NCBI GenBank assembly: GCA_900758165.1
Contig: CAAEQN010000136.1
Coordinates: 1 to 59,433 of the forward strand
From: Clostridia bacterium
GTDB taxonomy: Bacteria > Bacillota > Clostridia > TANB77 > CAG-508
Direction of reading: 5' to 3'
Length of the DNA stretch: 59,433 nt
Shown one piece after another: positions 18,233 to 27,896 of this stretch. The notes beneath the pieces were generated by a model. The model made no database searches. It was not told the origin of the DNA and saw nothing but the letters and a program-made list of their open reading frames with translations. How positions within the stretch are numbered: position 1 is the first letter of the stretch; the number at the start of each line of letters is the position of its first letter. The translations under genes were made by a program, and so were the position numbers.

Positions 18233-19531
18233 TTACAAAAATGTATATCCAGACTTCAATGTAGACTTTACATTAACATTAAAAGTGCTATTTTGATAGT
18301 TATCCAACCACTTATAAGACTCCCAATCTTGAGTGGTTGTAAAATATTTAAGAGCATACTTACCAAAGCCATCAATATCAGTCTTGTATTCATAAGCTAC
18401 TTTATAAAGATATTCATATATAGTTTTATTAAGGTATTTATTTAAAGCTTCTTCGATTAAAGGAACATTTTCCTCTTTAAAATAGTTAGAATTACCGCAG
18501 GCAGAGTCTTCAGTTGCAGAAAGTATCTTAAATTTTAGGTCTATATTACATGTTATATATGGAGAACCATTTACAAAATATACATTACTTTTTGTTTTAT
18601 GGTTAAGCCTTATAGTGACATCTAAATATTCAGAATCACCAATAGGATTTGGAACATATAAATGACAGGACTTTAATTTATTAGAAACGATTAAGTGACA
18701 AATTGTTTCTAATCCATCTAGTTCTCCCACTATTTTATCAGATTTAAACACTGCTAGTCCTACATTTTCTATAGTTTCTTCCGTGTCTATAGGAGTTTCC
18801 CCTGCTGTATATGAACTATCTCTATTAATAGAAAGAGAAGCATTTTCGTCTATAGATATTGCATCAGAAGAGTCTTTATCTAAACTAACATGAGAATTAA
18901 GGTTACCTGAATTAATAGAACCAAGTATGGCCACTGGTTGTATAAAAGTATCTATACCATCAGAAAAGAAATTTAATAAAGACACATTTTGAGTATAACC
19001 AGTATATTCACTTGAAGCTGGGGTTATTTCATAATATCTAGAAGAAAGACTTTCCAACATTGGATTAGAAGATTCTAAAAAATCTTTTGCAGAGCATTTA
19101 CTAACTATTAAATTTGCTTGAGAGCTAACTTCTACATTATTTAGCAAAGTATATATATAATCAGATATTCCTTGATATGCAATTTCTTCTGAAAATACTA
19201 CAACTTTACAATGAGACAAGTTTATTCTTCTACTAATATAGCTATTAAATAAATTTAAGCCAGATTCTATCGATGAACATTCTACAGAATTTATAATATT
19301 TCCAGAAGACTGACTAGAAAAGCTAGATTCAGGATTACTTTGACTACTAGGCTTTGATATTTGGACACTAAGCAGTAAATTATTATTTGAACCAACATCT
19401 ATTCCCAAAGCTACCACATAAGCAAGTTTACTAATATTATGAGTACTATATACTTCAGCAAGAGTAAAAACAACAAATACAATAATAATAAGAGAAGCAA
19501 TAAGTTTTCTATTATTTCTAAAAAATTTCAA
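18233..19531 (-). CDS. Spore germination protein, Ger(x)C family (TTG start)
   Basis: Third gene of the ger operon. Its size and overall pattern fit GerAC/GerKC-type proteins. It has an N-terminal signal anchor but no Cys lipobox. Confidence 0.75.
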   Translation of the reverse strand: MKFFRNNRKLIASLIIIVFVVFTLAEVYSTHNISKLAYVVALGIDVGSNNNLLLSVQISKPSSQSNPESSFSSQSSGNIINSVECSSIESGLNLFNSYISRRINLSHCKVVVFSEEIAYQGISDYIYTLLNNVEVSSQANLIVSKCSAKDFLESSNPMLESLSSRYYEITPASSEYTGYTQNVSLLNFFSDGIDTFIQPVAILGSINSGNLNSHVSLDKDSSDAISIDENASLSINRDSSYTAGETPIDTEETIENVGLAVFKSDKIVGELDGLETICHLIVSNKLKSCHLYVPNPIGDSEYLDVTIRLNHKTKSNVYFVNGSPYITCNIDLKFKILSATEDSACGNSNYFKEENVPLIEEALNKYLNKTIYEYLYKVAYEYKTDIDGFGKYALKYFTTTQDWESYKWLDNYQNSTFNVNVKSTLKSGYTFL

Positions 19532-19543
19532 AATTTATACCTC

Positions 19544-20656
19544 CTATTCTTCAAGTACATCATAATCATTTTTATGAAGCTTCTTATATTTTAAATTTGC
19601 AAAAATTAGTATTATTGGTAGTAATATAAAGAACAATGGACCTGCTATAAATTTATATACGAATAATCCCCATTGTCTGGCTTGCATAATATTTTTAGGA
19701 ATTATAGCAATTACAAAAAATATAATTGCAAGAGGAAGAAGTAATGGCTTCTCATTTTTTATATTAGTTAATTTCTTTATTATTTGTAACAAAAGCATAC
19801 AAGAAAAATTCAAATAAGTCATTATAGACAAAATCCATGTAAATGCAAAGAATGATTCAGGATGTTGAAAATATTTTCCAAATTGGTTATTAGAAATTAA
19901 CAAATAAAAAGGTGCAATTTTTGGAATTTTTGTACTAAAGGCAAAAGGTAAAAGTAAAACAATTATAGAAAGTAGGATTAAAAAACCACTTACAATTGTT
20001 GAAATTAAGCTTACTTTTTTAAAATCTTTTTTATCCTTCAACATTGGAGGAACTAAATATAAAATAATAAGCCCATTAAATGCAAATATATTAGTAATTC
20101 CTGCGACAAAAGTTTGATAAGTTCCATTTCCTAAAATAGGGAAAATTCTCTCAATTGTGATATCTGGTATTATAGTCATACAAGAGATAAAAATCCCTAT
20201 AAGCATAATTATGCATATTACAACATTTGTTTTTAAAATACTACGACTTCCCAATAAATTAGAAACAATACAAACAAAAATAAAAAATAACAAAATAAAT
20301 ATAACAGGGGTATCACTATAATACAAAATATGCAACACTTCGGAAAAATCTCTTAAAAGTATAAAAGAGATAAATATAATATACGTTACTAAAATAATAC
20401 CAACTAAATTTTTAAGAAATTTACCTCCTAAAAATTCAGAAACATCAATAATATCAGAAGCTGTAAACCTTTTAAATAATTTAACTAAAAGACAAGAAAA
20501 CAATATAGCAATTATACTAACATAAATTACATTCAATATAGATGAAGAACCACACGGAATTAAAATCGTTTGTGGCAGACTAACCGTTAATCTATTTATA
20601 GTTATTATTATTACCAAAGCTATTGCTTCGACAGTACTAATTTTGTTAACATTCAT
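19544..20656 (-). CDS. Spore germination protein, GerAB/GerKB (amino-acid-permease-like) family
   Basis: About 10 hydrophobic helices in 370 aa. It sits between the A and C subunits. Confidence 0.8.
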   Translation of the reverse strand: MNVNKISTVEAIALVIIITINRLTVSLPQTILIPCGSSSILNVIYVSIIAILFSCLLVKLFKRFTASDIIDVSEFLGGKFLKNLVGIILVTYIIFISFILLRDFSEVLHILYYSDTPVIFILLFFIFVCIVSNLLGSRSILKTNVVICIIMLIGIFISCMTIIPDITIERIFPILGNGTYQTFVAGITNIFAFNGLIILYLVPPMLKDKKDFKKVSLISTIVSGFLILLSIIVLLLPFAFSTKIPKIAPFYLLISNNQFGKYFQHPESFFAFTWILSIMTYLNFSCMLLLQIIKKLTNIKNEKPLLLPLAIIFFVIAIIPKNIMQARQWGLFVYKFIAGPLFFILLPIILIFANLKYKKLHKNDYDVLEE

Positions 20657-20716
20657 AAAAATTTAAGATAATAATATATCTTATCTCCTTTCATAATTTC
20701 ATAATAAATTTGTAAA

Positions 20717-22510
20717 TTAATATCTCCATTTCATACTAATATCATCTTGAATTTTAGGCCTTTTGGTCTTAAGAAAATCGGATCTACTTTCTCTTTGCCA
20801 TGTAGGAGACAAAATTATTCCATTACCAGTATTAGGCTTTTTGAACAAATTAAAATCAAAATAAGATATGCCAAAAGATTTTATACTACATAAAATTAAT
20901 AGATGTGTACAAAAGCCTGCAGCAATGCCCAAAAAGCCCGCCAAAGCTCCTAAAATTATATAAACAAATCGCATAATTCTAAAATGAAAGCCAAGGGAAA
21001 AATCAGGCACAGCAAAAGAACAAATAGCTGTAATAGAAACTATTATAATTAAAATAGGACTTACAATACTTGCATCAACTGCAGCTTGACCTAATACTAA
21101 TGCTCCAACAATTCCTATAGTAGGACCAATAGGAGAAGGAACTCTAATACTAGCCTCTCGTATAAGCTCAAAAGAAATTTCCATAATTAACATTTCAAAC
21201 AAAATAGGAAAAGGAACACTTTCTCTTGAGGAGACTATAGCAAATAATAATTCTGTAGGAATGACTTCTTGATGAAAATTAGCTATTGCCATATATATTC
21301 CTGGCAAAAATAGGGCCAGAGTAAAAGCAATAAGTCTTAAAATCCTTGTGAAATTCGCATATTGATGCTTTAAGTTTAAATCTTCTGGTGATACTAAAAA
21401 ATCAGAAAACACAGCAGGAACAACTAAAATAAAAGGACTGCCATTTACAATAATTGCAATTCTGCCAGCATACAGCATATTTGCAGTTCTATCAGGTCTT
21501 TCTGTCGCAACTACTTGTGGAAGGCTAGAATCACTATCATCCTGAATTAATTGCTCTAATTGACCAGAAGATATCAAATAATCTATACTCAAATTATTTA
21601 TTCTATAACGTACTTCAGCAATTAAATCAGTATTTGCAACATTTTTTAAATAACATATAGCACAAGGAGTTTTACTTAATTTACCAACATTAACAGATTC
21701 TATAATTAAATTTTCATTATTAACATATCTCCTAAGAAGAGATGTGTTAGTACGTAAATTCTCTGTAAAGCCTACTTGAGATCCTCTGACAACAACTTCA
21801 TTATTAGGATTGTCCAGACTTCTCTTTTCAAACCCTTTAACTTCAATATCAAATGCAATATCAATTGTATCTATAAACAAAGCACAATCACCAGTATTAA
21901 CTCCAGCTACAATATCATCAAACTTTGTATATTTTTCTACTTTGTTTTGTGGAATTAAACAATTTGAAATATAATCTATAATATTAAACTTTTTAACCTT
22001 TCTAACAGTAATATTATTAGTCTTTACTTCAGAGATTACTCTATTTTGATTACCATCAAAAGAATTTGCTGTATTCTTTAACATAAGAGGTTTTAATACA
22101 TAATTGTCCATTGAATCCTGATTAATCATACCATCAATAAAGACCAGAAATGCTTTATATTGCTTATTTCTAGCATTTAAAGTAAATTCTCTTATATTAA
22201 TATCAGAATTTATTAAGCTATTAAATCTTGTTTTTATATACTCTAAATTTACGTCAATTGATTGATAAACTTTATCCTTACTTGTATCAAAACACGGTAA
22301 AGATTCATTATCCAAAGTTAAAGGCTCTTTGTTTTCGGGATCTCTATTAGTCCTATCTATAGCAATAGAATTAGTAGTATCACCAAGAGTAAATTCATAA
22401 TTTTTAGTATCTCCAAAAAGCAATGTATTAAAATATTGTTTAATAGAACTTAATGCAGTTTTTGAATCTTTTTTATCTTGTCGCTTTATATTTACTTTAT
22501 TTTTTTTCAA
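20717..22510 (-). CDS. Spore germination protein, GerAA/GerKA family (TTG start, long N-terminal extension)
   Basis: A conserved GerA core (ERPDRTANMLYAGRIAIIVNGSPFILVVP) is followed by C-terminal transmembrane helices. GGAGG lies 6 nt upstream of the TTG. Confidence 0.85.
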   Translation of the reverse strand: MKKNKVNIKRQDKKDSKTALSSIKQYFNTLLFGDTKNYEFTLGDTTNSIAIDRTNRDPENKEPLTLDNESLPCFDTSKDKVYQSIDVNLEYIKTRFNSLINSDINIREFTLNARNKQYKAFLVFIDGMINQDSMDNYVLKPLMLKNTANSFDGNQNRVISEVKTNNITVRKVKKFNIIDYISNCLIPQNKVEKYTKFDDIVAGVNTGDCALFIDTIDIAFDIEVKGFEKRSLDNPNNEVVVRGSQVGFTENLRTNTSLLRRYVNNENLIIESVNVGKLSKTPCAICYLKNVANTDLIAEVRYRINNLSIDYLISSGQLEQLIQDDSDSSLPQVVATERPDRTANMLYAGRIAIIVNGSPFILVVPAVFSDFLVSPEDLNLKHQYANFTRILRLIAFTLALFLPGIYMAIANFHQEVIPTELLFAIVSSRESVPFPILFEMLIMEISFELIREASIRVPSPIGPTIGIVGALVLGQAAVDASIVSPILIIIVSITAICSFAVPDFSLGFHFRIMRFVYIILGALAGFLGIAAGFCTHLLILCSIKSFGISYFDFNLFKKPNTGNGIILSPTWQRESRSDFLKTKRPKIQDDISMKWRY

Positions 22511-22562
22511 AACAATCCTCCAATATAATTTGTGTTATATATAGTTTTTACTAAAAATACAA

Positions 22563-22592
22563 AAATATGTAAAAATAATTTTCTTTTTATGC
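22563..22592 (-). promoter_or_regulatory. Candidate forespore (sigma-G/F type) promoter for the ger operon
   Basis: The minus strand reads GCATA, an 18-nt spacer, then CATATTT. The consensus is GnATR -17/18- CATnnTA. This is a weak call made by eye. Confidence 0.3.
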
Positions 22593-22694
22593 ATAAGTTT
22601 AAAAATAAATAATATACATTAAATAAAGTTTATTGTACAAACACATTAAAACATATTTTAAACAATTGAAAATTATAAGGAGGTAAATAAATTA

Positions 22695-24173
22695 ATGAAA
22701 GATAATAGGTTATATCAAGATATAGCAAAAAGGACAGATGGAGATATTTACGTTGGTGTTGTAGGACCTGTTAGAACTGGTAAATCTACTTTTATAAAAA
22801 GATTTATGGACTTATTAGTTATACCAAACATAGACAATGAATATAAAAGAGAAAGAGCACTAGATGAACTACCACAAAGTGCAGGCGGAAGAACAATAAT
22901 GACAACAGAACCTAAATTTGTCCCAAATGAAGCAGTTGGAATTACAGTAGGAGAAAATATAAAATTAAATGTACGTTTAGTAGACTGTGTAGGTTATTTA
23001 GTAAATAATGCTATTGGACATTTAGAAGACGATATGCCAAGAATGGTAAAGACTCCGTGGTCTGCAGAGGAGATACCATTTGAAGAAGCGGCAGAAATTG
23101 GAACAAGAAAAGTTATTAATGAACATTCTACAATAGGGATTTTGGTTACAACAGATGGAACAATAACCGACATAGCAAGAGAAGACTATATAGAACCAGA
23201 GGAGAGAGTAGTTAAAGAATTAAAAGAACTTAATAAACCATTTGTAATAGTACTAAATTCAGCTCAACCAGAATCAGACTATACACAAAGTTTAGCAACA
23301 AGACTTCAAGAAAAATATGATACTCAAGTTATAGCTACAGACTGTGATAATTTAACTTCAGATAAAATAGATGAGATTTTTGGAAAGGTATTATACGAAT
23401 TCCCAATAGACAAAGTTAATATTAGTTTTCCTAGATGGGTAGATGGACTTCCAGAAAATCATTGGTTAAAAGAAAAACTTTATGATGAAATAAAAACAGC
23501 ATTTAAAGATGTAACAATATTAAAACAAATAGACAACAGAATAACAAATCTCCAAAATACGGATGTAATTTCTTCAAGTGTAATAAATGAAATACAATTA
23601 GGAACTGGAAGCATAAATATAACAATAAATTTAGTAGATAATTTATTCTATAAAGTATTAACAGAAATATCCGGTGTACCAATTACAAATGAGGGAGAAT
23701 TATTTTCTAGTATGATTTCATTTGCAAATACAAAAAGAGAATATGACAAAGTGGCAATGGCACTTCAAGAGGTTAATACAAAAGGATATGGAATAGTAAG
23801 TCCGTCAATAGATGAATTAATATTAGAAGAGCCAGAAATGGTAAAGCAGGGATCACGCTATGGAGTTAAATTAAGAGCAAAAGCACCGTCAATACACATG
23901 ATAAGGGCAGACATAGAAACAGAGGTATCCCCAATAGTTGGTAGTGAAAGACAATCTCAAGAATTAGTAGAATCTTTACTTTCCGAATTTGAAAATGATC
24001 CGAAAAAAATATGGGAGTCAAACATATTTGGGAAAAGTCTGCATGAACTTGTAAACGAAGGATTACAGACCAAACTTATGAAAATGCCGGAAGATGCACA
24101 AGAAAAGTTACAAGAAACGTTAGAGAGAATAATAAATGAAGGAAGTGGAGGATTAATCTGTATAATATTATAA
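22695..24173 (+). CDS. spoIVA: Stage IV sporulation protein A (spore coat morphogenetic ATPase)
   Basis: IYVGVVGPVRTGKSTFIKRFM Walker A, length 492 aa, conserved C-terminal GGLICIIL. Confidence 0.95.
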   Translation: MKDNRLYQDIAKRTDGDIYVGVVGPVRTGKSTFIKRFMDLLVIPNIDNEYKRERALDELPQSAGGRTIMTTEPKFVPNEAVGITVGENIKLNVRLVDCVGYLVNNAIGHLEDDMPRMVKTPWSAEEIPFEEAAEIGTRKVINEHSTIGILVTTDGTITDIAREDYIEPEERVVKELKELNKPFVIVLNSAQPESDYTQSLATRLQEKYDTQVIATDCDNLTSDKIDEIFGKVLYEFPIDKVNISFPRWVDGLPENHWLKEKLYDEIKTAFKDVTILKQIDNRITNLQNTDVISSSVINEIQLGTGSINITINLVDNLFYKVLTEISGVPITNEGELFSSMISFANTKREYDKVAMALQEVNTKGYGIVSPSIDELILEEPEMVKQGSRYGVKLRAKAPSIHMIRADIETEVSPIVGSERQSQELVESLLSEFENDPKKIWESNIFGKSLHELVNEGLQTKLMKMPEDAQEKLQETLERIINEGSGGLICIIL

Positions 24174-24183
24174 AAAATATCAT

Positions 24184-24223
24184 AAAAAACTAGCTCAATC
24201 AATTAAGCTTGAGCTAGTTTTTT
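24184..24223. terminator. Bidirectional terminator between spoIVA and the convergent nuclease gene
   Basis: Stem CTAGCTCAA (24190-24198) / TTGAGCTAG (24209-24217), with an A run upstream and a T run downstream. Confidence 0.75.
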
Positions 24224-24244
24224 AAAGTTAGGAAACACCTACCT

Positions 24245-25675
24245 TTAATTAAAATGTGTAGTTAATGTCTTCATCAGTCCATTACTATTGATTCTAAAAA
24301 AGTAATCTCTAGAAAGAATTTCAACTTCATTAGAATCAATCTCATCTCTGACTTTTTCGGCAAATTGGGTTTTTACCTGCTTTTGACCGTGAGTGACAAG
24401 AACGAGCTTAAGATCCTTAAAAGACCTAAGAAAATCCAAAAGTTCATCCGCTTTAGCATGCGCAGAAAATTCATTTGTGAATTTAATTTCAGCTTTTTTA
24501 ACAAACTGAAGTTTCCCAAATTCTACAATAGAATCTGATTCTGCGTCAAATAGACTCCTTGCAATAGTACCTTCTGCCGCGTAACCCGTAAAATAAATCA
24601 AAGAATCTTTTTGACTTAAAAGTTCACGAATATAAGTTTGAGAAGGACCATAAGATCCCATACCAGAAGAACTTACAATTATCTTTGCTGTTTTGTTAGA
24701 ACACAGTGCAAGACGCATGTCTTTAGAAACAAATTCCAGATTTCTCGGGACAAACTCGAGTTTGTCCTCATCTATAGATGAGAGAACGTGAGCCTCAAAA
24801 AGTGCAGTATAACGAAGGGTTAATTTTCCATCTAAATAGATAGGAATATCCTTCAAAAATCCACTTTCTTGCAAAAACTTAAGTCTTTGAAGAATTTCTT
24901 GAGAACGCCCAAGAGAGAAAACAGGAAGCAAGACAGTGCCATTTGGACATTTACTGAAAAAGCTTATTAGGTCTCTGTCAAATTGCCGTACGATTTCAGA
25001 AGAATCCATATAACCATAGGTAGATTCACATATTACTGTCAAAGGCAAATTGCGAATCAATTTAGGTAATCTAGGAACCCTATAGAAAACGTTTGCATCG
25101 TTATAATCTCCTGAAAACAGAAGATTAATGGTATTATGCTTGTAATAGCTGATTTGAACAAGAATTAAAGCAGCTCCGACAAGATGTCCGTTTTTAAAAA
25201 AAGTAACTTTGATATTGTCAGATACTTGAACAGTAGAACTATAGGGAACACCCTTTGTGAGTTCTGCAACGGTTTCTACATCTTTACTTGAATACAATGG
25301 TGAAGTACTATTCTTTTTTGCATTAGAGTTAAGAATAGAAAGGGTATCTGCCAATGCAATAGGCATCAACAATTTGGTATCTTCCGTCGCATAAATAGGC
25401 GAATTATAGCCATTTTTGGTAAGCAACGGAAAACGCCCAATGTGGTCTATATGATTATGAGTTACCAGGGCAAAGTCTACTTCTGAAGGGGTGAACAAAA
25501 GCTCTGAATTATATTTTACTTGAGTTGGCTCTTGAAACAAACCACAGTCAACAATAAAATGTTCAAAACTTCTGTCAGGGTACTTAACAGTGCAATACAA
25601 ACAACTGCCAGTTACTTCAGGACTTGCAGACATAATGTCTACATAAAAGCACTTGTCATTTGACCGTATGTGCAT
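24245..25675 (-). CDS. beta-CASP family metallo-beta-lactamase-fold nuclease (CPSF73/RNase J-like)
   Basis: ASPEVTGSCLY, the HxHxDH motif (THNHIDHIGRFP), GHLVGAA, and later D/H motifs (SAHAKADEL, VTHG) in beta-CASP order. The start is moved to the second ATG (25675), which lies 7 nt from the GGAGG SD. The first ATG (25681) lies only about 1 nt from it. Confidence 0.8.
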   Translation of the reverse strand: MHIRSNDKCFYVDIMSASPEVTGSCLYCTVKYPDRSFEHFIVDCGLFQEPTQVKYNSELLFTPSEVDFALVTHNHIDHIGRFPLLTKNGYNSPIYATEDTKLLMPIALADTLSILNSNAKKNSTSPLYSSKDVETVAELTKGVPYSSTVQVSDNIKVTFFKNGHLVGAALILVQISYYKHNTINLLFSGDYNDANVFYRVPRLPKLIRNLPLTVICESTYGYMDSSEIVRQFDRDLISFFSKCPNGTVLLPVFSLGRSQEILQRLKFLQESGFLKDIPIYLDGKLTLRYTALFEAHVLSSIDEDKLEFVPRNLEFVSKDMRLALCSNKTAKIIVSSSGMGSYGPSQTYIRELLSQKDSLIYFTGYAAEGTIARSLFDAESDSIVEFGKLQFVKKAEIKFTNEFSAHAKADELLDFLRSFKDLKLVLVTHGQKQVKTQFAEKVRDEIDSNEVEILSRDYFFRINSNGLMKTLTTHFN

Positions 25676-25707
25676 AAACATACCTCCTTTAAGGTTTTGA
25701 TAAATTT

Positions 25708-25737
25708 ATTATATATTGTAAATAGGGCCAAAGTCAA
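25708..25737 (-). promoter_or_regulatory. Strong sigma-A type promoter for the beta-CASP nuclease gene
   Basis: The minus strand reads TTGACT (25732-25737), an 18-nt spacer, then TATAAT (25708-25713). AAAGGAGG SD follows at 25682-25690. Confidence 0.55.
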
Positions 25738-25871
25738 TAAAATATTGAAAAAACAGTAAAAAACACTTACTATTTGAATATATTTATTTGATATAATTGT
25801 TTGTAAAAAATAAAAGAACTAATGATATTTGTAACATTAATCCCAAAGTTTTAATTATATAATGAAATTAC

Positions 25872-25900
25872 TTGAAAGGCACAAAATATTTTGATATAAT
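25872..25900 (+). promoter_or_regulatory. Sigma-A type promoter upstream of rsmE
   Basis: TTGAAA (25872-25877), a 17-nt spacer, then TATAAT (25895-25900). Confidence 0.55.
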
Positions 25901-25930
25901 ACTTATATCAAAAACAAGAAGGAAAATAAA

Positions 25931-26683
25931 ATGCCTAAATTTTTTGTAAAAGATAATCAAATAAAAGATAATAAAATAAAGATAACCGGAGAAGACGTTA
26001 ATCACATAAGCAATGTATTAAGAATGAGAAAAGAAGATGAATTGCAAATATGCAATCAAGATACAGCCGAGAACTATATGGCAAAAATATTAACTTCTTC
26101 TAAAGAATATGTAGAATGCCAAATATTAGAAAAAATTAATTATACAACAGAACCAAATGTAAATATAACACTATTTCAAGGAATTCCAAAATTTGAAAAG
26201 ATGGAATTAATAATACAAAAGAATACAGAAATTGGCATAAAGGAAATAATACCAGTTATTATGGATAGAACAGTGGTAAAATTAAATGATAAACTTACAA
26301 CTAAAAAAATAGAAAGATGGCAAAAAATAGCAGAAATAGCAGCCAAACAATCTATGAGAGATATTATTCCTAAAATAGAAAATGTAATAAAAATTAAAGA
26401 TATAGAAAAATTAAAAGATTATTATGATGTTATTTTAGTTGCTTATGAAAATGAAGACAAAAATTTGTTAAAAACAGAGTTAAAAATATTAAAAGAGCAA
26501 AATAATGATTCTAAAGTATGTAATATTGCAATAGTAATTGGCCCAGAAGGCGGAATATCAGAAAACGAAATAGAAATATTAAAACAATGTAATGCAAAAT
26601 TTGTTTCTTTAGGAAAAAGAATATTAAGAACCGAAACAGCAGGAATTGTAATGGCAAGTAATATACTTTACGAATTAGATTAA
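25931..26683 (+). CDS. rsmE: 16S rRNA (uracil1498-N3)-methyltransferase
   Basis: PUA-like N-terminus (FFVKDNQI...GEDVNHISNVLRM) and a SPOUT C-terminus (IVIGPEGGISENEIE, LGKRILRTETAG). Confidence 0.85.
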   Translation: MPKFFVKDNQIKDNKIKITGEDVNHISNVLRMRKEDELQICNQDTAENYMAKILTSSKEYVECQILEKINYTTEPNVNITLFQGIPKFEKMELIIQKNTEIGIKEIIPVIMDRTVVKLNDKLTTKKIERWQKIAEIAAKQSMRDIIPKIENVIKIKDIEKLKDYYDVILVAYENEDKNLLKTELKILKEQNNDSKVCNIAIVIGPEGGISENEIEILKQCNAKFVSLGKRILRTETAGIVMASNILYELD

Positions 26684-26729
26684 AAAACTTTAATCAAAAA
26701 ATAATAAAATAACTTCAGGAGGAAATTAA

Positions 26730-27809
26730 ATGGCAAAAAAAATAGATAGAACTAAAGATATTGCTCAAGCAATGGCGAGAATTAATAGCTTTACAGACAC
26801 GGAAACTAAAACTTCGAAAGCTAAACCAAGCACAAAAAAAGTATCTAAAGAAAAAGATACTAAAATAAAGACAGAGCCGACAGTAAAAAGAACGACACGT
26901 ACCAAAAAAGTTGTAGATGAAGAGAAAAAAGAAATAACAAAAGATAAAAAGTCAACAAATGTAGAGCCAAAAAAGAAAACAGCTAAAACAAATAAAATAG
27001 AAAAAGAAACAGTTACAGTAAAAGAAGAAAAAACAAATAAGACAAAAACTACAAAGTCAAGTTCTTCACAAAAAACAACAAAGAAAAAGACTGCAACAGA
27101 TAAAACGGAAGCAAAACATAGAAAACCAAAAGAAGTAGAAAAACAAGAACAAGAAGTAAAAAAAGACACAAAGAAAATAACAAAATCTAAAGAAGTAAAA
27201 AAATCCAATAAAGAAGATAAAAAAATAAAACAAATAATTACAGAGCAATTGGCTAATATAAACAATGCAGAAGTAATTGATGACAGAAAAGAAACGTTAA
27301 AAGCTACAAAAAAACATAATGTAGAAATAGATGAAAAAGAAATATCTATGAAAATAGAGCAATCTAAAAAATTTCCTGTTGAAAAAAAAAGAAGTGTTTA
27401 TAACCAACTATTTATAAATATTTTTGTTGCTATTTGTGTAGTGGTGTATTTTATATGTATTGCTTTAGGATACAAAAATATAGAAGAAACAGCCTATGTA
27501 ACAGATTTAAAAGTATTTAGTTTAAGTTTAATAGCAATAGCAATTATTTTATTTGAAAATGCATACAATAAAGATAGTTCTAAAATTGCATTATTCGGAA
27601 TAGAAATATTCTGCTTTGCGATTATAACATTAATTTCAATTTACATATTTATTTTGCATAAAGATTTATTTTTAATAATACCAAAGATTACTTCAGGATT
27701 AGTAACCATATATTATTTAATAAAAATTATAATAATATATACAAAAGAAAGAAAAAAATGGTCAAAAGATATAAGTGATGTTAAACAAATAATATCGGAT
27801 AATATTTAA
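26730..27809 (+). CDS. Hypothetical membrane protein with a ~200-aa Lys/Thr/Glu-rich low-complexity N-terminal region
   Basis: Good SD (AGGAGG). The C-terminal third contains about 4 hydrophobic helices. No recognisable family. Confidence 0.5.
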   Translation: MAKKIDRTKDIAQAMARINSFTDTETKTSKAKPSTKKVSKEKDTKIKTEPTVKRTTRTKKVVDEEKKEITKDKKSTNVEPKKKTAKTNKIEKETVTVKEEKTNKTKTTKSSSSQKTTKKKTATDKTEAKHRKPKEVEKQEQEVKKDTKKITKSKEVKKSNKEDKKIKQIITEQLANINNAEVIDDRKETLKATKKHNVEIDEKEISMKIEQSKKFPVEKKRSVYNQLFINIFVAICVVVYFICIALGYKNIEETAYVTDLKVFSLSLIAIAIILFENAYNKDSSKIALFGIEIFCFAIITLISIYIFILHKDLFLIIPKITSGLVTIYYLIKIIIIYTKERKKWSKDISDVKQIISDNI

Positions 27810-27896
27810 TAAAAATGCATAAGCGAAAATTCTGCTTAAATGCTGGACTTATTGAACATAATGTAGTAAAATATAAAAAGAAAGAAGGTAAATTGT

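Noticed and set aside
22600-22694. Sigma-E type promoter for spoIVA.
   Set aside because: Only loose matches exist (ATA-rich -35, ATACAT-like -10) in a very AT-rich spacer, so a call made by eye is not reliable.
26730-27330. Lys/Thr/Glu/Asn-rich low-complexity tracts as candidate novel repeat domains. These include 26730-27330, the 15046 gene tail at about 15990-16173, and the PBP N-terminus at 10903-11000.
   Set aside because: They have no exact periodicity. The composition is what an extremely A-rich coding strand produces in unconstrained linker or tail regions.
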